In this document: piece after piece, positions 28,017 to 55,954 of the stretch
Layout of the letters: every line of letters begins with the position of its first letter
Numbering within the stretch: position 1 is the first letter of the stretch
From: Bugula neritina
Lineage: Eukaryota > Animalia > Bryozoa
Assembly (NCBI GenBank): GCA_964035545.1
Contig: OZ037769.1
Span: forward strand, 4,259,929-4,323,928
Direction: 5' to 3'
Length of the DNA: 64,000 nt
The notes under the pieces: model-generated
What the model saw: the letters and a program-made list of their open reading frames with translations, nothing else
What the model was told of the DNA's origin: nothing
Databases searched by the model: none
Position numbers and translations under genes: made by a program

Positions 28017-31000
28017 TTAGTACGGTCGGCTTCGCCTGTCGCCCCTATCTTGCCATCCGCCACCACCTCTACCACCGCCTCTGCCACCCCCTCGTCCGCC
28101 ACGGAATCCACCACCTGCAAGTAATCATCAGTAAAGAATCAGTCAAGTGCTCTGTCTATTACTATTATACCAATATTACAGGACTATTATAAGGCAGCAG
28201 CAGTGGTCTAGGGGTTAGAGCGTCTGCTTAGTAAACATAAAGTTATTGGTTTGAGCCCAGACAAAGGCCATTGGTGATGTTAGGAAGAGCATCCAGTCAT
28301 AATTGCTCCTGTGTCGCATATGAATAAGTCTTTAGCCCCATTCAACAAAAACCCTTTCCATCAGGACTATTATACTATCATCACACTGCTATTATGCTAT
28401 CTATGAGATCTAGTAAACAGGAAGTAAATAGTAAAATAACTCACCGCCGCCGCCACCACCTCCGCCTCCATCTTTTCTCACAGCTTTACACTTGTTACAG
28501 GAGTCTCTCCATGCAAAGTTTTCATTACCACATTCTCTAAAGAATGAGTTACAAAATACTACATGATGATAACTTCAAATACTGAATCTGATGTCATTTT
28601 ATCCTGAAATTACAATCGAAATAATTACTAGTGCAAAGATTTGTCATGTGGACGATTGATTTCCATCAATAAAAAATTCATGAATTTATTTATTCATAAA
28701 AATATTTATTTATTTATAAAAAAACTCTATACAAAACATATTGAATTTTCATGAAACTCAACAATCCCATGAGCAACAGATTTTAAACAGTTACGAGATT
28801 TCAATTCCTTAAGGCAGAAGTTTTCTGCATGTATGAGTGGGTTCCCTTAATATTCATTAAATTGTACACAAGAAACATTTTGCTGCACTCAAACATAACT
28901 AGTTATTTTTTTTCATTATAAAAACCTCCACTAGCAATTCGAAAAACTGCAAGAGAGCTAGGCTAAAATCAAACATTAGCCTTCTCGTAATATACACATA
29001 TTTACAAAAGTATCAAGACAATGTAACTATACGTACCCACAACTCCAGTCTCCCGGTCTACCACCACCACCACCATCACGGTCACCTCCTCGACCTCGTC
29101 CCCTGCCGCCGCTAAAGCCGCCGCCAAAGCCGCCTCTGTCTCCACCTCGACCTCCTCGGAAACCGCCGCCGCCACCACCACCACGAGCCCCCCTGCCTCT
29201 GCCACCCATGGAGGCCGTTGGGCGCTGAGCCAGCTCTACGTGAATCTGGCAGCCGTTGAAGTCTTTATCTACACAGTAGGCACATTGCCAGAGTAACGTC
29301 ACAGTTCACACAGCAAACAAAGCAGAGCTATTCTACATTCAATTGAATGTCCTCGGGGCAAACCAGCCTCATCTTCACAGGAGATACTGCCACAGCGCCG
29401 TGTACAGATCAAGAGGAGAGGAACAAGTGGTTTACTAGAAGATATATTGGTCTTACACGCCAATGACTCATACACTGACTAGTGATGGAGTACATTTCAC
29501 CTGCACACAGTAGGTTAGTACTGGTACTGTTACTCTGTACTCCTGTATCAGTGGATCTAAGGGGCGTGTGTATTATATAACAGAGCATCATTTTATAAGT
29601 CAAGAGAGAGAAACTTTACATTTGCATGTCGTATAGAGAGCACTGCATACCTATGGCAGCGTAGCATTGAATAAACTCATCTAAATCAAGTTACAGTTGC
29701 GTTACTCGATAAATACATAGCACTATTAGTTTAAAAGATCCGTCTACTCTGTAGCGATCATCACTTATTTCAAAGTAACAAGAGGGACAACTCACTGTTA
29801 AACCACTCGATGGCAGATGTGGCTGTGTATGCGTCGTCATATGTCACAGTAGCTTCACCTTTAGGCATGCCAGTCTGTTTGTTCTTGTATATCCATATCT
29901 TAGGTTGGCCTGTCTTTCGGTCGTTCTACAAACGCATACAGAATTCCATGTTGTATTACGGTACTGGCCTTTATAGATACACCAGACAATATATAGACCG
30001 TAATTGGCAGAATACAAATGCATGGCTAATATTTCAACAGAGGCGAGTAACCTCACCTTAATAATGCCAATTTGCCCAAAGAAAGTAGCCAGGGAACGCT
30101 CATCTATATCGGTGGGGAGGCCTTGTATGAATATCGTGTCTTGTTGGGTGGTCATCTCGGAGTCCCCTCCGCTAAACCCACCACCTCCTCCGCCACCACC
30201 ACTGGAATACCCCCCTCTGCCTCCTCTATCATATCCGCCGCCGCCGCCCCCTCGACCACGATCATATCCACCTCCGCCTACAAACCCAACGGTCATCATC
30301 AAGTGATAGGAAATACGAGTCAATGAGAAATTTCTACCAGTAAAAACTATAGTTCCAATACCAGGAATTCATTTTAAGATATTCGCATTGCCTAGAGACA
30401 AATTGAACTTAGTCAACAGTGATTCGCCTACAATCTTCATGTTATGCACCAACACTGAAGTGTTGATTAAGCTAATGACTTGGATACATATAAAACAAAT
30501 GAGACATGAGTCTAGTGTACAACCTGATAACATGCTACTATGTAGTAGCTTGACACTTAATATAGTAGAACTTAGATACTATAGCAAAATGCAAGTTACA
30601 CAACTTTTTGGATTAGATGAAACCCCCCCCCCCCTCTCACCAGCTATAACAGAGCTGGAACTACTGCTGATGAATTTTTTGGCAGCACATGATGAACCAT
30701 AAATATGTTACATGGACCAAGTTATTTGGATTCAAAATTCTGAAAATTCATCTTTTTCACAGGTTCTTTTCCTGATTAAACAGTTCCTATAAGAAATACT
30801 TATGAACTTGAAATATGCTTAGATATTTCACTTCGTTTCAACTATTGCGCATAGTGCTCGATTATTAAGGAGCTGGCAAGAATCCCTTTTTAAATATCAA
30901 AGGCCTATCCGCAGGCTCTTGGAAGTTTTAAAAAGACTTAATAGTTTGTAATTAAATTAAATCTTGTATTAGTTTTTATTTAATACTCCCCAACTATTAC

Positions 31001-34000
31001 TTGGCTACTAGAATGTGGTTGTTCATCGACAAGCCATGTTGGCCACTGTCATGGTTTTCCAAGTTTTTTAATTAGCAGGAAAAAATATGTTTCTTTAGAG
31101 AATAGAACCCGAGTTATTCCCAGCAACTTTGAATATAAAAAGATCCCTTTGTTCACGCTAGCAACCTGTATACCTATAGGTATTAGAGTTGGTACCAGTT
31201 GATTAAATAAAAAACTACTCTGTGAAAACGTGACATGCCAATTACACACAGTTTACTAGGTAAATGCATGTTTAGAAAACTTCAAATGCAAATAACCGCA
31301 ATGCGTTTTTTACTATTACAACAACCCCTTGCTGGTGAGCACAACTGATGGCTTGTGCTATTCCCATTGAATGCTTTTCTTTCTAAACTCAGCAGTGTTA
31401 GACTACAGGTTACAATCTTTAGTTTTGTTGCAAAAACTCAATTTGACACAAATGCTGAATTTTTTTAAAAGATTCAACATCGGCAAATCAACAACTTTAA
31501 CATTTTTCAAGTAACTCTAAAAACCTAGCTACCTAAAAACTGTGTATTACAGTTTCACGAAGAGGAGCACAGTTTTGTTTACCCAAAAAAGTTTTGTTTT
31601 GTTCTAGGACCAAAAAACATTTCACTTATAGTTGTGTTGTGTACTGCCACTTACCACCACCTCGCTTTTGATAGCTGTCCGCTCCACCACTGTTACTGTA
31701 AATATTGACACATTGCAGTACACCTGATACATTGGAGATACGTTTGTGACGAGCACCACACCACGGGACCACACACCACCTCTTCCTAGACTATCAACCC
31801 TGACTAATGTTGGACATTTTTCCTACTACTAGACCTTATTGCACAACACCTAGTTGTATTTAAACTTTCTTTTTAATAATCAACTCCCCAATTTATCTAT
31901 AAAAATGTGTCATATAAGCTTTTTGGTGAACACTCAAACTACCCAGCAACGTATGCCATTAGATTTAAGAATGTAACCTTGAACTCTTGATTAGAATTGT
32001 ATATAACCAACAAAAAATGTAATGTGTCCCGTGTGTGTGCGTCACCGTATCCCAGTCTGCGTACACTCTTGCCAGTTCGTATTCATGAAGTACACTTTGA
32101 CATTCAGGAATGAAACCTATTCCCAACAATGGGACCTCGACAAAAATTGAAAGCACATCTGCACAAAGCAGTATTACAACACAAATAATACATGTTGTGA
32201 CACCATAATATTGTAATTTATAGCACCCATTTAAAAAGCCTTTAAAGAAGTGGTCAATGTGTGTAATAGCCAAAGTTAACCCCTTCCCCACACATCCTAG
32301 CACTCAAGTGCTGAACATGAGCCAAAGGCATCATTTTGTGAATGAATCTGATAACCCAAAAACCTATAATATCAGCTTATAACCCTAGTGATCATTATAT
32401 ATTTAATGCAGACATTATTTTCATAACCTAACTTATACAGTCAAACGAAACCCTGGTGACGTATTTTCGCATTATTGCTTTGATTAGAGCAATTGTATTC
32501 AACTTACATGACACGTTATCAAGTCAAAATTTCTTGAAATAGACAATCTATGACAGCAGGAAAATAAGAAAATTGGGAAGAAATGTTAAGTTGAAAAACT
32601 TACCCATAGCTGTCTCTTCCACCCCCTGCAATAGAGAGCACATATTAGATAACTCCAAATTCTTACAACAAGAATAAAAGTTCGCCTAACAGAGTTAACA
32701 TTATAACTGAAATACAGCACTTATTTTATGCCGACGACGTGATTATCACATAGACATACCTCCATAGCCACCACTGTCATAACCTCTACTAGAGCCACCA
32801 CTGTCATAACCTCTGCCAGAGTTGCCACTGTCGTAACCTCTACTAGAGCTGCCACCATCATAACCTCTGCCAGAGCTGCCACCGTAACTATACCGAATGC
32901 ATATATAGTTACAAATAACTGTGACAGTGAGATATAATAAGTTAAAACAAAATAACAGTAAGCAAGTGAACAACTTACCCTCCCCCTCCTCCTCTACCGC
33001 CTCCATACCCGCCAGAATCACCACCTAAAACAATGAGTGGTAACTTAGCAACTAGTAATATTTCAGGATTCCAATGCTCAACTGATCACTATTAAAATTT
33101 CAAAAAATTGCTTGGAAAACTAGGATAGGCCTGGGAAAACTATAGACCAGAACTACAAATTTGGTTGATGATAAAAAAACAAAAGTAATATAGCTGTTAC
33201 CGTAGCCACCACCGCCACCTCCAGATGAATCTTGACCACCATAAGACTAAAAGTAAACAACACCAGTCATGTCATAACGTGAATGACAAAGGAAAGCAAT
33301 ATATAAAATATTTGAAAATTGATTTGCATAAAGCATATCTTTACAACCAATACAAACAATCAACCTTTAGTAATCATTATAGCTAACCTGCGACGAATTA
33401 TAACTGTTTCCATTATTGTAGCCACCGGAACCACTATATCTATAATTGAAAAGAACAATTTTAAATATAATCAAACACTCCTCTAAGTCTATACCCAATG
33501 AAAGGTGCATGATTTAAATATTCTGTTACAATTACTATGATCCTGAACTCAATTATAACGTAGCTGAACAATACATGTAGATACCTACCCTCCGCCGCCT
33601 CCGCCTTGCGAATAACCACCTCCACCATATCCGCCTCCACCGTATTCTGCAATACAACAAAACTAAAAGTAAAACCATTAACCAAAAGTAGAACAAACGA
33701 ACTGATGAATCAGAGATGAAATGCTTTCGCTTTAGGTAGTTTCTCCAAGTTTAGTGCAGCCCATCAAAAAATGCCACAGAATAGCTAGAATCACTATAAA
33801 AGTAATTCATAGTGTCGCCATCAGACTCAGCATGAGGCTGAGCAACAAAATGAAAATCAAAATGAAAACGATTTAAATTATTACTACTAGTACTACTACT
33901 AGAATTAATATTATCAGTAACAGTGCCATCATCGTGCGAAAAATTACAATAACAAACTAGAAATTATTTAAACAACAAATATAAAAAGAAAGCTATTTTG

Positions 34001-34014
34001 TACTTACGAGACAT
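28017..34014 (-). CDS. caz: FET-family RNA-binding protein (cabeza/FUS/EWS/TAF15-like), 390 aa, 13 coding exons
   Basis: Exons (minus): 34014-34008, 33646-33589, 33439-33388, 33246-33201, 33024-32979, 32887-32760, 32625-32604, 31695-31655, 30277-30057, 29925-29796, 29268-29037, 28536-28445, 28114-28017 = 1173 nt. G/S/Y low-complexity N-terminus, FET-type RRM (TIFIQGL...FGQIGIIK...PKGEATVTYDD...AIEWFN), RGG, RanBP2 zinc finger (GDWSCGECGNENFAWRDSCNKC), RGG and a PY-NLS (RRSRPY*). Confidence 0.93.
28193..28366 (+). mobile_element. tRNA-Thr(AGT)-derived SINE
   Basis: A-box TGGTCTAGGGG, loop TTAGTAA and B-box GGTTTGAGCCC, then a body (GCCATTGGTGATGTTAGGAAGAGCATCCAGTCATA...TTTCCATCAGG) shared with copies at 36.4, 38.0 and 56.4 kb. 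Confidence 0.8.
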
Positions 34015-34068
34015 GTTTGTATTGATTTCAAAACGGTCAATGCTGCGAACAGAAAGCGAGCTGAAATC

Positions 34069-34104
34069 AAAATGGATGAATGAATAAGATGGCCGCAAAG
34101 GAAG
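34069..34104 (-). promoter_or_regulatory. FET gene core promoter/5'UTR: pyrimidine (TCT-like) initiator followed by YY1-type sites
   Basis: Minus strand reads CTTCCTTT-GCGGCCATCTT...CCATTTT, 55-90 nt upstream of the ATG, in a local CpG-containing patch. Confidence 0.5.
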
Positions 34105-36047
34105 CCGCGCACGAGTCTTCTTATGTTTGATACAAATAAAATGCATTTTACATTTTAAAAACCTAAATTTTCATTATTTTCCAAAATCAAAACTAAAATT
34201 ATTAGTTTCTACCTAATTGAACCCGGTGGAAAGTTCCAAACGGGTACACAACTTCTAATTTCAATGCATTGTTTCATATATTTTTAAAAGGCAAGCATAA
34301 TTTACATATATAATTAATTATATTACTTTGAATACTTATACTATATTCACCTCTGTACACAATTACGATGTGGCCTCTATATTATACTTAATCTCAGTTA
34401 CCGTACCAGTAACCACAGCTTTATCATATACGAATTATATAAATATTATATATAACGTAACTATGTATTGCTGTTGGTAGTTGATACTCCTATATAAGGG
34501 CTATTATGATGCATGCAGCTAGCTCGTGGAACTCCGACATTCATTAACCATGGTTTCTATAATTAGTATTATGTAACTTTCAATTTAGTATTCAGTGCAT
34601 ACAATATATAATGGAATATTATACTGTGGAAAGAATTAATTAATTGTTTTTATTCATATGATGCTTTATATCTTCATTTACATGTAATTCTACTAGCTTT
34701 TACATCTTCTTTGCACACATATGCATCCTACCATAATGGCAGCCGTCACCAGCTTTGCAGACGATGATGCTGCTCAGAGACATACAACCAAGCTTCATTT
34801 GAATACAAAAAATTATATCTTACAGTGTTTACTTCATTTAGTTATAAAACATAAATTGGCGAGTTCTTGTAAAATTAATTTTGATTTTGATAGAATGTTT
34901 AAATGTTGAACACATTAAATATTCTAAGAGATAGCACTGTCAGGAATTGATCTTTCTTCAGACATAATATGTAATAACCTAGTCCTTGCCAGAATTGTGT
35001 TAAAAAATCAACTTTTGGGGATATAGCAGATAACACTGCAATAAACTACAACTTCTCACTAGGCAATTACTGATGCAATAATCATATAAAAAACAGTGAA
35101 AAATTTAACAAGTGTTTATATTTATTACTATAATATTGGACATTTGCTATCTAATATAATATATATAATCTATGCAACAAAAAGTAACAGAAGAAATAAA
35201 AACAAAACTGGAATATGTGTATAACTTTAGGTAAATATCTTTTAAGCAGTATGCCAAAAAATAATAGCGCTTTTGAATACTCAAAAACTCAAACATAAAA
35301 TAAAACAAATAATTATGCGGGAGAATAAGTTTCATGGCATGATGCTAATACTTTTCAAACAGGAAATGCTACGACTAACTAATTACACAGATGCCCTTAT
35401 ATATTTTCAGGTAAGGCTCTTCTAACCCAGCGATGACTGTAAAACAACAAGCAGAGCGTGCAACATAAATTGACAGCAAACATGAAGCCTTTAAAAGAGA
35501 GGAATGAAGGTTGATTGTATCGGCACATGGTATAAGATTATGTCATTTTGCTCGGCTATGAAGAAAAACAAATAAATAGGACTATCAACATTACATACAT
35601 CTTTTCATATTCTTTACATCTATACCAAAAATATTTCATACTGCTAAATAATAAAAGCTATAAATCTAAGGCTATTTTTATCAGATCTGAAGGCGATAAT
35701 CACAATGATTAAACGAATTTAAAGTGCAAATAACTCACTGTTCACAATTTTAATTTGTGTTTGAACAACTTTATCACAAGTGGCTAGTGGTTATACAGGA
35801 TACATGCGAGAGCTTGGTTATTTGAACAAAAGAAATAACTATATGAAAAAGTAAGGCAACACCCTGAGTCAATCATGCCTTCTCTGTAGAACTGAAACCT
35901 GAGCGGGAGTGATCAGTCGCCAAGAACGAGGAATTCTAAAGATATTGCCCAGATGCCAAATTGCTTGTCAATATTGTAAATGACTTCTAAAGAAAAATAT
36001 GCATGTCATTAGAGATCAGATATGCTGAAAGTGAAGAGCTCAAAGGG

Positions 36048-52000
<15,953 letters not shown>

Positions 52001-55000
52001 TTTATCTCAAGTTTAGAATCTTCTACCACTTGACATACTCTGCAAAGGAGTAAAGGCAGTAAAGTACTTATGCTTGTTCAGCATCACAAATCCTGTAGAA
52101 GCCAGATAGCTTTTAAAATTTAAATCATGCATGTAGTATGCCGTAGAGGCTTCAAATTAACACGGGACCAAAAGTCTTGACTTTGCTTATTAAACTTGGT
52201 AGAGACTGTACTACTAGTCTAACCAAACTCTTGCTAATCTATGGGTATATATTATGCTTCTATAACTCACAGCTATCATCACCAGATTAACATGTAAACT
52301 GTATTAAATTCAACAGCATGGCTTCAAAAAATGTAATATAATCTATCGATTACAGCATCTAAATAGAGAGAATATTAACGATAAAATGTTATAAATTCAT
52401 CAACAATTGACAAGTACCATGCTATAAAAATAAGAATAACGTTTAGAAAATATAGCCATGTTATACTAGTATTATGAGAAAGAATAGTTGATTTCATAGC
52501 TGGCTGAAAGTAAACACAACTAGCTACATTTGGCTGCAAGATATTAGCTCACTCCAACTTTGATTTTCATTCTAACTTTTAAAGCAAACAAAATACTTGG
52601 ACTTTCATTAGGATTACCAACATATAACAACTTTACATATTTGCAATACTTTTAATATTAAGAGAAAATGTAATGTTAACACTGTTAATCATACACTCAC
52701 ATATTTTAATACCTCAACAGCCAAACTCAAGCTTAAATAAAGTAATGGTAATTTTTATTAAAATAAAAATAAATTAGTATTGCATATAATAAATTTTAAG
52801 ATTAATTATAGCCTTTCAGCTAAGTGATTAATACTAATAGTAGTAAACTGCTAGTTTTAGTAATACAATCAACTGCAATATACTCATGCTACTAATACTA
52901 TAAATGTATAAGTTAATATTTTAGAAAACCCAATACGGCAATACCAAGAGCATTATTATCAGCATAACTAATACTACTAGTAATACAATTAGTATTACTG
53001 AACAATGATCACCACCTTAAGTCTATGAATTTATTATTTAGTGATTTACTAACTTCTTATCTATTAAATTATAAATTAAATTAAATACAAGTGATACAAG
53101 ACATCAATTGCATTCCAATATGAAGTTTAATGATATTGAGATTGACAGCCATTGGCTATCTAGTTAGGCTCTAACGCTAAGCCAATACTGATTTAAATTA
53201 TTTTCATCCTGAGATATCCACCAAACTACAAGATTAAACATCACTAATATTAAAAGTTATTATCACTATTAGTATTGCATTAGTAATAGCAATACCAATA
53301 CTATTAGTACTAATACTAATAGTATTAGTATTAGTACTAAATCAATATTTTTATCATTATTATAAATATTATTATAAGGATATCTACAGCCTGATTCTCA
53401 ATCTGAGAATTTGAATATCAGCATCAATTTGAAATTCAAAATTTATTTAAAACTTAATTTCACTATCTAAAGACTAAAAATAAACCACTAATAATATCAA
53501 TATGATATTGATAGTCATACTCAGAGTCATAGTGATGCACTTGAACTTGAAGTAAAAGTAAAACTAAATATCAATGCTGAAAGTGAATAGATTATTCATT
53601 TATATTTTATAATAATCATTACGATGATGATCATAAACTCAAACTGTCATTGATGAGACTGAGCGAATTTTATATAATACTAATACTAATATAAATATTA
53701 ATCATGATTGGTGATATTCATATCTATTTTCATATTCATATTGATCACTAATTGATGAAATTCAAATTTCTATCCATATTCATATTGAATTTGATAATGA
53801 TATAACAATGTTATTCACTTATAGTTATTCAGTTATACTTATACAGTTATACTTATACTTATAGTTATTGTAATTGTGATATTCACTTAATTTTGAGGTT
53901 ATTCTAATACTTATAGCTATACATTAACTTATAGACATAGTATTAGTTATAGTAATACTTAAGTTATTGACGTTCATATAATTATTATCATTACTATTAC
54001 TATTACTATTAGTATTATTTACACTCGAACTTGCAGTTACTGTCAGTGTTAGACTTAGTGTTACTGAGAGTGAGTGTTCGTGCTACACTTACAGTTTTAG
54101 TTTACAAGTACAGTAAATGTAATACTAGTAGTAATACTAATACTAATACTAATAGTCATAGTAATACTAATAGTAATAGTTATACTTATAGTATGAATAA
54201 ATTTAAATTATAAAGTAAGTTATCAACTTTAATGATACTGATAATAGTCACTAGTTTAACTTTAAGTAGTAGCTCTATGAGAACATTCGTTGAGGCTCAG
54301 GCTGCCTGATTACATATTGCTACGACAGGGCATTCGCAGCCCACGGATAACTTAAAGTTTAACTTGATGGTCTAGGACTCTAGTTTCTACCTCTACATAG
54401 TTCAGATGTTCTTATAATAGTAGCTTTCACTTTGTTTCGCAGCATATCTGTTTCGGTTTCGATCGTTACTTCTCATTGGTACTAAATTGTTTTGAGCAGT
54501 TAACAAAAGGGCGTTATTTCAGCGACAAGCAACCAAAAGCTTGTGGAGAAGACAATACTCAGTGTTATTGCTATTGGGTAGAACACGGGTGTTCAAAAGA
54601 TGCTTGTATAGTTACATATAGGAATGGTGTTACTTTTACCGCATTTCTTTTAGTTATTAGATATTATTTAAAGACTTTAAGCACTAAGAAACAGACTGAG
54701 ACATCCTTGCGCTGACTGTCATCTGCAATAGCTATCAAGTAAAAAAGTAAGCGTGTAAATGAAAAGACAACTCCCCTTTAAAATCACATTGTGTTTTAGC
54801 TATATGCTTTTGTTCACAGGCCACTCAACTCAACTGCCATTTTTTACAACATAAATAGATTTAACAAACAAGCGATTGCCATTTACTGTAAGAGATAAAA
54901 AAACAAATATATAAAAATGTGGAAGCCTAAACATTATAATCGTGGATCTTTAAGCAAGCTGCATTTGCTGCATTACAAACCAGTAATGTAGACTGCAGTT

Positions 55001-55112
55001 TTAGTTGGCGATACTATTGTTATAAAAATAGAAATTGTGAAATCAAAGTGAAAGTATAAATCTCGTCAGAAAACTGCTCAATCATTGGCTATACTAACTC
55101 GAAAGTTTCTTA

Positions 55113-55241
55113 GCCGCACAAAGTTGGTGGGCACTGAGGGCAGCAGTTGGGGATATTATAGAGTCTGGTGAAAGGGGTTTAAAATTTGAACACTTATGTC
55201 TGTACTAACGCTACATCCACTGACCCCCAACTTTGTGCTGC
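55113..55241. repeat. Small inverted repeat / possible mini-MITE
   Basis: GCCGCACAAAGTTGGTGGGCACTG versus the reverse complement of CACTGACCCCCAACTTTGTGCTGC (20/24 match). Confidence 0.5.
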
Positions 55242-55954
55242 TTTTAGTGATTCCTATACCAATCGATTTAATATCAGCATTTGTAACTCATAGCAGTCAG
55301 CTTTAGCAGTGAATAGGTCAGAACTATGACTTAAAGCACTACAGTAGTGCAGAATGATAGGTCTAGAAGCTGCTAGTGCGGGGTTAGAACCTAGAGCATA
55401 GCTGCATGAATAGGCAAACACATGCTATTTATAGATATATTCAATATTTCTATCAATTTAGTTTTTGTAATAAAACAATTCAAGCTTGTAATATAGTTAT
55501 GTATTGCATATCATGTATGCACTTTGCATGTGCGCACTGATACCTAAAGTATGATATTCCAGTGCAACACACTTACAGCTTAATCACCCATTCATTTGCA
55601 ACTAATGAGCTTCTATATAGCTAATATTATTAAAAATTCAGAGATGAGAGGTAAATATTTCATTAAAATTTATTTTAATAGTTAATTGAATTAAATTTAT
55701 ATTAAAATTAACATTTCAATATAAAATTTTGTTCCAACCTTAGGTGTTAATGTTGAAAATAATTGGAAGAAATTATATTGTTCACATCAGTGTATAGCTA
55801 GTTAACATACACATTATCATTTAGGATTTGGTTGGATGAGGTAATATACTTAGATTATTATGCTGATGTCTATGCTCTATATGAATTGTACATCAATGTT
55901 ATTTTAAGATGCACAATTTTCTATAAGAAAGTGTAAGCATTCACTATACACACA

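Noticed and set aside
29670-29770. Possible intronic C/D snoRNA (GTGATGA on the minus strand) in the FET gene
   Set aside because: No CTGA D box at a suitable distance, no clean terminal stem, and no guide I can verify.
33698-33730. Hammerhead-like CTGATGA-atc-aga-gat-GAAA in FET intron 1
   Set aside because: Stem II is only 3 bp and lacks the G-C closing pair, the UH site and stem I cannot both be satisfied, and it is antisense to the host gene; likely chance.
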